DNA of 61,162 nt, counting the filler, from Sphacelaria rigidula (taxonomy: Eukaryota), in NCBI GenBank assembly GCA_964200075.2. It is 7 parts of 7 records of this genome, joined end to end, with 100 filler letters (N's around TTAATTAATTAA, not from the genome) between each part and the next. Parts side by side here need not be neighbours in the genome. Positions count along the whole stretch, not along the records: positions 35,010 to 43,660 come from CAXNAA020010480.1; positions 43,761 to 52,411 come from CAXNAA020010481.1; 5 more parts are not named here. One strand, written 5' to 3'. How positions within the stretch are numbered: the first letter of the stretch is position 1; every line of letters begins with the position of its first letter. Shown here piece after piece: positions 37,301-50,194 of this stretch. The position numbers were made by a program, and so were the translations under genes. The notes beneath the pieces are model-generated. The model worked only from the letters and a program-made list of their open reading frames with translations. It was not told the origin of the DNA and made no database searches.

Positions 37301-38959
37301 GGGGCGGTATTAGCCGAAACTGCAAGAGCTTGGGCCTGTGTCCAAAACATCGCGACTACAAGAACATATGGTCGGGGGTGTTATTCCGCGTGAGATTACA
37401 ACGGTACAACTAGCCATCACCAGCAAACGGAGCAAGACAAGTATGCTTGAAACCACTGATATGAAGACACACGGAGTCGGATACACACAATGACTGATTT
37501 ATTGTACCTGGTAAAGGGGGGTAAGCCAATCCGTCGCTTCATTCATAGCTCGCAAAGCCCTTTCTGTTTTGCACAACAGCCGACCAGTTTGAATACTCAG
37601 AGCCGAGACACATTTGCACTAACTCTTGCATCGCCTTTTTCAGACCCGCGGTGGGAGAAAAAGATCTCCGAGCAACAACGAACGAATAACGAATATCACG
37701 CCTGTGGTGGTGGCAAGTAGCAGATGTCACATTACCGCGCTGAAAGAAATGCACCACCATCGAAAAAAATCAGATTGAAAAAAACGTGAAAAGTCTTACA
37801 CCATAAGGACCGAAGACTTCACGTCCAGCATGAGATAACAACTAGGGTTTTTTTTTGGATATAATGTCCGTGATGACTGTTCTACAACCTCTCGGTTGTG
37901 AGTTTCTCGAGATAGCAGCTATCGAGAGAAGAAATACTCTTCACTTCTGAAAGATCGCAACTATCAGATAGCCTATTCTCCTAGTTGTTGACAACATATC
38001 TGGATAAGTGGGACCCCCCAAGAGTGCAACAATGTCTCGTTCCTCAAGACAAGCTAGGGCACGAAAAGTACCGCCCCTGGGGTGTTATACCCCGTCATCT
38101 ACGTTGCGGGGTAACCGATCTCTTCTAAATCTCAAACAGCGTCGATAGGCATCCTGCGTGCGCAGTCGTGGATATCTACCACAGCTCTCCACGAAGGAAT
38201 GTGGTAATATGGAGTAGTGAACTCGAAACCGAAGAAAGACGGAATGCAGTAGCGCGCACGAATCTCGGCTACCGTAAAGGCAAAATGATCCCCGACATGC
38301 GTGTATGTACCGATATCCATGAGCAGTGAAGATTCACTGGAAGTGTGTACCCTAGACCAGCAGCATTGTGAGTGCGTAGACAACAAAGGAACCCTACCGC
38401 ATTCACTACAGCATAGTCGCACTGCAATCTGCACACGTTTCCGTCGAGATAAACGGTCGGATAGAGTGCAGACACTTGATGCTTGAGGGTCTGGTGCAAG
38501 CTGTCAGAGACATTTCTGACAGTTACAAATCAAATCCATGCGGGCCAACTTGGTCGTCGCCGCCCACGACACCCAATGCAACAAGCATGCACGCGGACAG
38601 GGAGAGTTACACTTTTGTTTCGCAGTCCCCGTGGAATTATTTGCGGTGCGTTTTGGCGCGGGGGAACAATATGCTACCTACTTTCCACCGCACAGGAAAT
38701 AGAACTCCGTATTTTCCAGCAGCACTAGCGCGCAGGCGGGGGTATATGCCGTGAGCTAAGGAACAGGTTCCAATTGCGGGAGCTAAAAGTCTGTCACGTG
38801 TTCCTACACAACACGACGCAGTACTGCACTGCCACGAGAGGCAGCAAAATGTTGTGTGGTGTACATTAGCGAGGCGCTTGTTTGAAAATAAAACAGCGGC
38901 AGACCACGAGCATCGTGTTTGTAACAAAACATGAACACTAACATGCATGTGCCGTCCAG

Positions 38960-40652
38960 CATAGCAGACGGCGGGGCCCACCCTGACTTGTACAGCGTCC
39001 TGCAACTCCGACGACACCCATCGTCATCGGCGACAACCAGCCAAGCAGGGAGTCTGTGGGCTACCAATGCTCTGTCTACTATGGTCCTGCCCCCTGCGTG
39101 GCCACACATGAATAACAATACGTCGTGGCGGCCACCCCACCATTGGTCAATGCAGAGCTGGGCGGGTGTCCACCCCGGCACAGGAGGGTTGCCAGCTGTG
39201 GCGGGGGCAGTCTTGGAGTCTATAGGCCGTAACTATCGCAGCCGGTCAAATGAAAATGTACGGCCGCGGCCAGGTCAGATGGGAAGCGGTGTGTTGCAGA
39301 ATAGCCTCGGGGCGTGGAGAGCAGCTGGAATAGCAGTGTCGGAAAATGTCGCTGGCAGGGTGGACGAGAGTGCCAATGTAGGGGCACAGGCCAACCCTAC
39401 TGGCATCTACCCCGTACTGCCGATACACCCTCTCCCTCAGCAGCATGGCACATTCTCTTTGCTACCGCCCACCCCTGCTGCATTCAACCCTTCTGCGTTC
39501 GACAAAAGTCCTATCAGCAGTGTTTTTCAAGGAGACAACAGCCGATATATACCACCTGAACAGCCGCAAACCAGCGGCACCCATCAGATCTCGCCGCGGT
39601 TGGTAAACCCCGGCCAACCAGGCCCGTCCACAAATTTTCACCCCGCTCATTCACGGAGCAGATCCGCGACCGCTGGTCTCCCGCACCGGGCGGCCTCAGT
39701 GTACAATGATGAGTTGAACTTATGGCAGATGAACTCCATGGGGACCAAGGTGGATGGGGTCGGACGGACAAGTAATGAGTGTTCGGGTTCTGAGACGATA
39801 GAAGAAGGTCCTGCTAACTGTAGGGCGGGTGGAAGCCGAATGGTGGGATCAACGGTGGCGCCAGTGACGGCGCGGGAAACGGAGCCGCCCGTATCTCATA
39901 ATCCAGAAGGAGCTCCTGTGGTGGCATTCGTGAGCAGTAGCCGAACAGCGGGGGAAGAGGATGGTGGTTGTGGTGGTGGTCTAGCCGCAGCAGATAACGA
40001 CTGCGCCAAGTGGCATCATGCCCATCCGCACTTGCCCATAAATCATCTCTCGTCGTCTTCCTCTCCCAAGAAATGTTCTCTGCTTGAGGACACGCCCACT
40101 GACTTCAGCAAGCATCAACCCGGTCTGGATTCTTCGAGTAAAACGTGCTGGAGCAGCACCTCTCCCGATGCGTGGAGCACGACCGTGGATAGAGCACCAG
40201 TTGCCGAGATCGGGCACCAATCTTCCCTCTATTGCAAAGGGTCACAACCCCACCACCATGTGACACCGGACAACACTAGCCAGTTGCAACCACCGCATTG
40301 TGACCCAACCGGAGGTATTTCTAGCAGCGCAGAGATGACAGGTCTTCGGGTGGCTACACGGGAGGTCAGTGAAGTTGGTGGGTCGAGGTCACCAGGCGGC
40401 GGAGCTGGGCGTGGCGTTGGTGTTGGTGTGTCTGAAGTCGTGGCAGAGGGAGAGGATCCCGATTCTTGGTTCGCAGGCGTGCAGGCATGGACTGGTGGTA
40501 AAGTAGAAAATCGGGCGGGCGTTCCACCTTCGCCTGTTTGGCACGCCCTTCGAAACGACATCGATGCGGCGCAAGAAGGCCCGGGATTGTTTATGACGGA
40601 GTCTGAGGATTCACTGTGTCTGAACGTCGGGCCAGCGTTGGAACCCGCGCAG
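38960..40652 (+). CDS. Large exon of an unknown P/S/G-rich, probably disordered protein
   Basis: 582-codon open frame (38931-40679) with a strong CAG|GTGAGT donor after 40652; exact acceptor (~38960-38968) uncertain; no domain recognised. Confidence 0.7.
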
Positions 40653-42749
40653 GTGAGTGGTACGGGCAGATTTGTGTAGCAGCCGGAGCAGCAGCCACAG
40701 GTATAATATTCCCGCTCGACCTACTGGTGGGGCATTGTAGAAAAAAAGAATAGATACTCGTGCAGGTGGATAGACAAGTCAAACTACAGTGTTCTGATAC
40801 ACCTCATGTAGCCTCACGCGAGGGGGTTCGACATTACATTTCCCGGGAACATTCCGGCGTATCTTCCGTTTGTTTTCCTCTGTATGGTCTCTTCGGCTTT
40901 TTCCCGAGTTTCCTGCAGAACAGAATTTTCGTTTATTCACTTACGGTACATTTGTCTTGTGACCACGGCTGGAATTATGGCGAATCAGCTAGTGTGACAC
41001 CGTCCGTAAACCAATCAATACACAGTAAACAAAAAACCCATCAAAATTCTACTTCGCCCAGAGAACGCTGGGGAGGGGGAAGTTTATGCGCGACACTGCG
41101 CTTTTGTCCAGCACAGTCGTAGGCGTCCTAAGCCATGTTGAACAAAAAGGTGCTACCGGTACGTAGACAATGAATAGAAACACTTTAGCGTCCTTGTGTC
41201 CCATCGACAGGAATAGCAGATGCAATGATGATTCCGTTGCTCAACCAAAGTCCCTTATGTTCCCAACCTTGTCAACCCTGTCGCTCTTGACCGAAGCCTC
41301 AAAGAGAATTGTTGAGCGAAACACGTCGTCATGCCACCTAGGCCAGCCAAAAAACGCATTCCTTCGGCACACGATAAGTTCTCAGTTTCCCGAATCAAGT
41401 CTATCTACTGTGAACTGCAGATCAGCTTGGTGACGGCACCCTCTACCGCGATAGTGAAAAGAAGAGCGTACTGCATAAGTGATGACCTAATTGACGGGAC
41501 TAGATTCCGCAACGAACAAAATATCTGTCAGGATCCGAACTTTCCACTTTGCGCCCTGACTCAGTTTCCCGTACCATCTAGACCATCAGGTGTAGCGGTG
41601 TTACTCAAAAAGTGGAATGGCCTACCCAATTTCAGGAGTTTTGACCAAACATGTTACGAGGAAATCTACACGCAAGTCAAGAATAATTCTCGAGAGTTCT
41701 TGTATATCCTCGTTCAATAAGTTGATTGCATCTATTTTTCGTCAGAAATTCCCAATCGCTCCAACTTCCTGTTTTTTATTTTTTATTGAAAAGTTCTCTA
41801 CTTTCTGCGCATTGATGATAAAAAAATCGTGTGAGAAATCCAGCTGCTGACTCCTAAACTTAAGCATGACAAGGGCATGCAACCGCCGAGAGGAATCATT
41901 GGCTGGTCCAGCTCGTACACAATAGACAGCGAAAAACACACAAGCACCTCCCTTGGATTTCCGTTGCTCCTTTGTAAATATTCAGACAAGATCTCCGCCA
42001 CTAGCATTGGAGTATAGGTTTGTGCCAGCTGGCGGAAACAAAGAAACTTTTGTAGTGAGTATGTGTACGTTTGGCACTTTCGACGGTAGCCTCCCCCCCC
42101 CCCCCAAAACAAAATGACTTTTTTGGGGATGCGAAATCTACATGTAAATCGAAACGAAGTAAGCGGAGCTGAACGATCAGCTGGGAATTCTCGCTCTTGG
42201 GTTCATTTTCGCCAATGTCACCCATATGAGGCGCTTCATGCAGCCTGAAACCAAACATCAGGCGCTGTATGACCATTTTCGTATCGTATTTGGGGGGCTA
42301 TCGTAAAAAGTGTCGTTTGCTCACAGCACTCGGTGCGACGATACTCGATTTCTCTGCGGGGTTTCGGCATACTCAGGCGAGAAGTGAGTCCCGGCGAAGA
42401 AACTAGGACAGTAGACATGAGCGGGTGTATCCACCCATTTTTCAGTGAATACGTTAGAACAGAGTAAACGCGAAAGTTGGGTATTCCTGCGCCAGGCCTA
42501 AACCACGCATAGTTTAATCTCGGCGCGAAGACAACACGCCCACAGTCCACGCAGAGCACGCACACCAGCATTCGCGAACGGAAGCGCCAATCAGGGCCAA
42601 ACAGTATCGCGAGGCCCAAGGGTATCTCAGAATACCCACTTTTGTTCAACAATAAAATGGGAATAGCCAGGAACCACAACGGTGTTTAGTTTTACCCACT
42701 TTTGTCCATTTTGGGACCCATTTTTTCCGAAGCGTACCTGCGTTTGACC

Positions 42750-43600
42750 ACCATCGGCCTCCCAAAGTCACTCTCCAAGTGACCGCAAAGCTGCAGATGG
42801 AACGGCCGAAGGTCGCCAACGCTCTCTTTTCACCTCTCTCTACGGCCTGGAAGCTGGAGACCCCTGCGGGATGATTGAAACGTCGCACACCGGGCGGTTC
42901 AAAAGCCGCCCGATTACCAACCATACGGGTCGTCCTCGGTGTATGCCATGTCACACCTAATCGAAACGCGCAGCTCGACTCAAGATCCGAAGAAGGGGAA
43001 ACTTGGCTTTAAAGATCGTTAAGACGTTGACCCGCGCGGCTCACAACGAGAGTTCCAAAGAAGGGCAAGCTTGTTGAGCATTTTCCCGTTGCCCCATGGC
43101 CTGCAAATTCGCTCTTCTTGTTACACCTCACCACCACTGTTCTTCCCCCCACTGCATCTACCCCATAAATGTGTGTGTGCCTTCTTCGGAGAATTCCAGC
43201 ACACATGGCTACATCATCCCTTTCAAGACGCTACAAACAATGAGACATCCACTTGTCTTAGTTTTATCGACAAATCGGGGGCATCGGGGCAAAATCTCTG
43301 TCCAAAGCAGCTGCAACGACGCACCGGTTCAAATATCCAGTCTTTGCCGTTCGCGTTTTCTTTCGGGTCCCGACCCTTGATTCCTTCGGATTCGTTTAGT
43401 GTCCCGTGCGCGCTGTGTTCCATTCGGCGAGTTTATTCCGCCATTTGCATGGGCGCCCATAACGGGCCTGTGGCGTGTCAATCACCCTGCTGGTGTCTCC
43501 AGTCTCCAGGCCGTAGCAAGAGATAAAAAAGAAGCGTTGAAATGTTTTCTGTCCGTTTTCTGCCCTGCGGTCAATGGGGGGGGGTTACTTTGAAAGGCCA
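42750..43600. mobile_element. Old foldback element with diverged ~130-bp inverted arms
   Basis: CTACGGCCTGGAAGCTGGAGACCCCTGCGGGATGATTGAAACG (~42840) mirrors CGTGTCAATCACCCTGCTGGTGTCTCCAGTCTCCAGGCCGTAG (~43474). Confidence 0.7.
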
Positions 43601-45142
43601 ATCAGGGGCAAATATAGGTGCACTTCGGACAAGGGTGGCTCCCAAAAGGGACACTGGGGGNNNNNNNNNNNNNNNNNNNNNNNNNNNNNNNNNNNNNNNN
43701 NNNNTTAATTAATTAANNNNNNNNNNNNNNNNNNNNNNNNNNNNNNNNNNNNNNNNNNNNGCTGCAAGCACACGCAAGTGATGGAGGTAAAGAAAAGCAC
43801 ACGTGGAATGAGAAAATGTCTCACTTAAAGCGAATGATCAAAGCCAGCCACTCTCAATCGTATCATTTACTCTCAATCTCACGAAAACACTCTTAAACGC
43901 TGTTTTTGTTCTTAAATCAAGTAGTTTGCGGTTTCGCCGCCGCCGCGCTGCAAAGTTCTTCGCACAAAAGCGAAAAATATCACGTCGTTTGAAGGAGTTT
44001 GACCCTGAAATTCTACACAATTGTTGTGCTGTGGGTCATGAGGTTCATGACCTCAACTTCGCATAGTCGCAATGTGGTGGGACACGTACTGCCGTGGGAC
44101 CGCGCACTGTGGTGGGACCCCGCACCGCCTAGGACCACCCCACAATGTCGTTTGTTGTTGTTATTGTTGTTGTTGTTGTTGTTGTTGTTGTCTTCACATT
44201 GAAAACCGTTCCGATATCTGCGCGGTACATTCGTACTGGGCATCTGATGCGGACGCCTTCCGTGGTCACAGGCTAGCAACCCCTCCCCCCCCAAACCAAA
44301 ATAGATCCAGACTAAAAAACTTACAAAACGCGATACAAGCAAAACAGGGATACAAAAAAAGAAGAAAGAGAGTGTGCTGCATAAAACTCGTACTACGTTC
44401 GCCAGTATATTATCTATGATATCTGCCGGGTACGTACCAAAGCAAATGGGGTATTTACCTGTATTCTTAGAGCGGGTGATTGTACTACTACTGTATTACT
44501 ACTACTGTTGTATGCCACAAGTACAGCAACGGGCGGGCGCGCGTGTTGTACTTCAACACAGTACCGAAACTACAATAATAGGACACATATTTCTTATCGT
44601 ATAGTATGTGTATCTAGAAAATCACCAGCGGGCAGGTCGGAGCGGCCCGGTGCTGGTGCCCACTGGTATGTCGAACTCACGTCTCAAACATTCACGCCGC
44701 CGCTGCTGCTGCTGCTGCTGCTGCTACTACTACTGATATTAAAATAATGCTGTACTACCGCCGTGTTTGTTTCCCAATTCTCATCTACTAGTACAGGTCC
44801 TTCTTTTTCACATGTACTTTTGTCACATACTTATACCTCCGTTTTTCTATAGTAAAGGACTCCCGGGAACTGATGCGATTGGAATCTCGGCATTATGGAA
44901 AAAACAAACAAGATGCCGACACCCCCTGGTAGCACAAAAAATCGTGGCGGGCCTTGCGGAGCTGCTTACAACTCTGAATACCTGTGCGAGCGCCATCCCT
45001 GGGCTGCACAACACTGTGGGGCTTGCCTACTCGAACTCCCCATATATCATCGCGTCTGCTACCGCATTTTTTTCCAGTAAGGGATTCATTGTGGTGCAGC
45101 CTTTGCAATCCGAACAAGGGTACCACCGGACGCTGCATTACC

Positions 45143-45424
45143 ATGACGGCAACAGGAACACCTACTAGGAACGAGGCAGCGAAGACACAGCAAGGAACTT
45201 CTTTGCAAGCCGAAGCAGCTGTGGCTGCTGGAGAGGAAGAGGATGAAAAGGTATATACGCTCAAGTTTGTCGTGACGGGCGCCTCCAGGACGGGAAAGAC
45301 ACGGCTTCTCCGCCGGATGATTGTCGCTGGGGACGATGGGGGTGATGTTTATAGACCAACGGTTGGAATGGAGTTTGCCACAAGAGCCATGCGGTGTGGA
45401 AATCGGTCAATTGTCAGGGCACAG
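45143..45424 (+). CDS. Rab-family small GTPase (divergent, Rab11-like), first exon
   Basis: YTLKFVVTGASRTGKT P-loop; YRPTVGMEFATR switch I; ends IVRAQ|GTGCGT exactly before the expected IWDTAGQ; start codon inferred. Confidence 0.85.
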
Positions 45425-47063
45425 GTGCGTTCGTGAGTTCATTGGGTACTCCTACAGTCAGCGTTTCGCTTTCCTTGGGAGAAAGGAGTCGATTGTTGCG
45501 TAGTTCTGGTAGTCGATACTCGCTGGCGGTGTTTCGCTGTGCTCCAGTGGTGTATGTTTGGCATTTTCCAACGCGCAGCAAGCCCCAAAGTTTGACATCC
45601 ATGAACAAAAATAAGTTGCAGCTGTGGAGATTCGGAGCCCTTTGTCTTGTGTCTTGCACGACCGGAGAATAAACGGCGGATTTCGCGGGGTTGTGTCAGT
45701 CGCAACGTGTCCCGTGTGATCGTGTGTTGCTGTCTGTACTTTGCCAGAGTAGTATGCTGCACTGTACCGCGCGATGAGCTGTCTGAATCTCTTTTGCCCC
45801 CCTGTACTTGATCCTGTTCTCCGATACTGCAAATGAAAACGAACGGTCCGGTTTTTCATATGAAGTGAGACAATAGATCGGTGTATCTTAATATCTGTCG
45901 TGCCGTCGTTGTCGTGCCCGAAAAAAGCTTTACCGACTCGAAAATGTGTACTGTTTGTACTGAACGGTTGTTACTGTTTTATTCTGTTGATGTCCACAAC
46001 TCTCCGCAGTACCCTACCGCTTGCACGCCCAAGTATCTGGATGTGAGACGAAGTCTCGATTTCACGTGCTGTGGTACGCTGCAACAGATACCACTCTTCA
46101 CTGTTTCGATTCGCCGGTCCCTACAGACCAGGGATCCTGGTGCTGTTTTTTTCATGTACTACGCGGACAACTCAGTAGTCTCATGTTCCGCAGTACCTTC
46201 GCTCTCAGTGTGCCATGTGGTCGATTCGCCGCCTCCCCCCTACCCCCTCTACCTACCCCCGGACGGGGATGATGACAAAGTCGATGCTTTCCCGCTCGTA
46301 CGTCGAGCCATCGATTCCCATGGCGGACTATCTCTGGGTCGGCTCTTCTCGCGTAGTGTGCACCCGATCGCTTGGCGCGATTTTTCCTGCCCGTTCTATT
46401 CTGGGTTTGATATGGCTAGATCGAGGAAATGGAACAGAAAATCCAAAGAAGCAGCCGTTTGTCGAAGATTCCCGCTTTTCTTGTCACACCACGAGCAGTC
46501 GTCTTGTCACACCACGAGCAGTCGTACACAGGAGTAGAACCACGCCAGAGTGCAACAGTTGCAATTGTGGCGGGTTCAGTGTATACTCGAGCCATTCTGC
46601 TCTACCTGATGGAACATCATTTCTCGAAGGAGGGTTCAGCGCCGCTACGCACGCGGTGAACTGTGTGTTTGGTGCTTTCCCCCCGACGGCAAAACGTGTA
46701 GGTGATCGAGGTGATCGTTATTTTTCATTTTGCAGGTGTCTTCCGGAAGGTTTGGCGCAATAACATCCCTAGCGTTCAACCGAGCTGCCAATATGAATGC
46801 CTCGGTGGTCACTATTTCGCACTGAAACATCCCGCTCATTGCTCAGTTGTTATGTGACACAACATTACAACAGTGCTATCGTTACACAACATGACTACTG
46901 GGATGTGGTGTGTACAGATTGCGTGTCTCCCGCCCTCTCGTACTACCGTTATGTCCTCCTGCACTTTCGACACCTCACTCATTGTTGGTACACGGTTGAT
47001 TCTTGGAAAGTTCGCGCTCGAAGATGAGTTCAGTGCCGTTGGCCAACTATGAACTCATGATCT

Positions 47064-47140
47064 CTGCAGTCATCTCTTTTTAGCAGTCATGTGTTTCTAT
47101 TTAGCAGTCATCTATTTCTATTCAGCAGTCATCTCTTTTC
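47064..47140. repeat. Four ~20-bp tandem repeats (GCAGTCAT core)
   Basis: Directly visible. Confidence 0.75.
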
Positions 47141-48324
47141 ATACATGATCTAATCCAAATTCGAGACCCGTCAACGAGTCCACGTGTTTTCAGGGAACAA
47201 ACGTGTGACCTTCGGGTTAGACAGCTGTCTTCCACCGCTGGTAGACCTCAGCTGACCATGACTCTGAAACTCCACAGACAATGATACCATCTATTCATCT
47301 GTCCCCACGGTGCCATCAACAGCTGTTCCGTATAAGCAACATGTCTTGATTGGCGATCTTCACGTTGAGAGTGTTGACGAACACATATACAGCCTACAGC
47401 CCGCTGAACTCGAACTCACTTCATAACTTCCATACCGACAGGGCCATACCTGCGGGCTGTTTGTGCTCAATGAAAGATATCAAATTTCGATATGCCGTAA
47501 TAGTCATGGTACATCATACCACCGAACCAAGTTGTACAGGGAGGGAGTGCCATGTCTCCGCTGACTAAGACATCTCCGATTTCCTCTCTCTGGGTTGAAC
47601 TACGGCGCACGTGTACTGCACATCGTGGATTGGTGACATAGTGGAGTACTGGAGTAGTACAAATCTTGCTGCACGTGTACATAGATGTGCGTTTGTGTAC
47701 TGTAATGTCTGGTAGCTATCGCTGGGTGGAGACGTCAAGCAAGACGCCTGTCTCAGTATGCAGCAGCAAAGTACCACCGTCATCCTGTCTTCGGCTTGTC
47801 TCTACCCGAGAGCATGTGTCCATGGGGCCGTTCGTCCTCCCCGATCCTGCACAAAATCGATCGGTCACATCTCAGTGGGAACGACTCAACGCATGCCTGC
47901 ACGCTACAAACAGTGCAGTGATAACGTGATGAAGTACAACAGCAACTCCACTGCTACCTTCATGCACACCAGTTGTGCAGCGCCGAACGATTATTGAACG
48001 TTGGCTGTATGAGGTGTCCAGGTTTATGCGACAGGGACTTGTTCCTTTTTTGCGAGAATTACGTTGATTTCGCCGCAAATAATGGCGTCACAGATTATAA
48101 TAGAGCTTTCTTTTAGTGGACAACAATGACCCGCCCGACCTGCGGTTCGTTCATTGGCACGCCCGCTATAAGTACATTGCCAGACGTGAATAATAAGACA
48201 GGTGTTGCCGTACCTTCGCTTGACTGTCTGTGGTACGGACACTACACAGGGAAACCGCAGTGGGCGACGCAACTGTTTTTTTGGTGAGGGCAGCCAGAAA
48301 AAGATTTCAACATGAATTGCCTAA

Positions 48325-48422
48325 CCATTAGACCGCGAGATTAGTCTTCCTGGATAATGCATACTTTTTTTCACTTGAAATTGATGCCGATTCAACAGAA
48401 GACTACCCTCGCGATCTAAGGC
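48325..48422. mobile_element. piggyBac-like MITE copy
   Basis: CCATTAGACCGCGAG...CTCGCGATCTAAGGC with degenerate TTAA flanks (CTAA/TTGA). Confidence 0.7.
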
Positions 48423-49867
48423 TTGACCCTGTGTAAAAATCATCATCTAACCCTTCGATGGCGAGCGTAATACACGATTCATCCGTTGCATCGGGTTCGA
48501 TTTCACTTGATAAAGTGATGCACAATCTAGATGGACTACCATCGCTGCCAAGCAACAATAGTACGGTACACCTTGACATCAGTCCGAAATATTATTGCCA
48601 ACTAGACGTGAAAAAACTAAAATATTACGATCAGTCGTTCAATCAATCTGAGAAGATAACCATGCCTGTGCGAGCGGAGTTCTAATTTTTTCCGCGCCTG
48701 CACTGTTGCACCCACTTCTTGAAATTGTAGGGTATATACTGTACCGTACATTTTGTGCTTGCTATATACTCCTTGTGTCGTCTTTTTCCAAAAAAATTGT
48801 GTTCCCTTTTTCCAAAAAATAATAATTCAACTCCGACAACCCTCGACTACTCCGAACCGTCAGAACAAACTGAATCAATTTGGGAATCAAGTCATTATCT
48901 TGTTTTGAGTCTTGTTCCCCCTTTCCCTTGCGATGATACTTTTGCATCCCCGTATTCCCTATTTTTTCCCCGGAGCTCGCTCAACTTTTGGAACTTTTGC
49001 AAACATGTCTCATTGATACTGGATAACGTCTACTTTGAAAATACTACCGAAATACTGTTCTGAGAAGTGTTCTGGGAAGAAAGGAGACGATCAAAGTTGT
49101 TGCGTGATCACATCCAAGTACTGTTGTTCTGAAGGGTGCTGCGTGTGAGCGGATGGCCGAATTTACGAACGCTCGTTCACAGGCTCTCGTAATTTGTTGA
49201 CCGAGCCTAGAGTATTTGTGGTCCGTTCCGTACTTACAATGTTACACATGAGTCCTGGTTTAAAAAATGTTTCAGGTCACGCCCCACAGACCCTTTTGGT
49301 ATTCGTTTTTTTTTGCATGTCTTGCTTTGCCACAAAACGCCCTACCTCGACGAAGCACTTCGAGGATTCTCGGCGCATTTTGAAGGAAAAGCCCCAAGTG
49401 CCCGTGAGCTTGAAATTTACTCTCGCCCTCACACGTTCCTGGCGTCCCTGATCTAATCCCACGTGGCCCACTGGTATCGTGTGGAGAACCGTTTTCTTCT
49501 TCAATAGTTGCTCTCTCGAGGAGCCAGAGTTTGAGGGCCACCAAAATATAGAAGGAATGTGGGGATCGCCAAGAAATGCATCTAGAATATATATTTTCCT
49601 GGCATCCGCATACGAGATCGTATAAGAGAACAGCGACATCAAGTAGTTGCTAAGTGAAGGTTTATTTCTGCTTCAACTGATGATCCTACATCCTAGATGG
49701 CTGTTGGCACATACCTTCGTGCAGGTTGAAATGCATTTGTCGTGTGGTACATAACGTGTAGAGCAGGCGTTACAGACGGTGGAAGTCAGCCGGCGGCAGT
49801 GTTCAGGAAGAGGGTGTCATGCGTCGCGTGCTCAGAGGACCACATTAGAAATGGAATATCCTTATGG

Positions 49868-49909
49868 TTAGGGTTAGGGTTAGTGTTGGGTTTAGGATTA
49901 GGGTCAGGG
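49868..49909 (+). repeat. Degenerate interstitial (TTAGGG)n
   Basis: TTAGGG TTAGGG TTAGTG TTGGGT TTAGGA TTAGGG TCAGGG. Confidence 0.7.
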
Positions 49910-49991
49910 GCGTGGCCCCTGCAGGGACTGGCCCAATGGTTTTGAAGAACGTCGATCCTGAGGTGTTCTGAACTACGATGCGATCCCTTAA

Positions 49992-50194
49992 CCCGTAGAC
50001 CGCGGTGCGGGTACTCCATCTGGATTACGTACACTTGAAAAAAAGAAAATTGATGCCGATTCAGCGGGTGACCTACTCTCGCCGTCTGAGGGTTCACCCT
50101 TAGACCGCGAGGGTAGGTCATCTGTTGAATCGGTATCAATTTCACTTCAAGAAAGTACTCATGATGCAGATAGGCCACGCTTGCGGTCTAAGGG
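49992..50194. mobile_element. Two adjacent ~100-bp piggyBac-like MITEs sharing one target site
   Basis: TTAA-CCCGTAGACCGCG...CCGTCTGAGGG-TTCA-CCCTTAGACCGCG...GCGGTCTAAGGG. Confidence 0.75.

Noticed and set aside
38205-38285. YGVVNSKPKKDGMQ*RARISA, vaguely AP2- or copia-RT-like
   Set aside because: Short, interrupted by stops, and no further supporting motifs.
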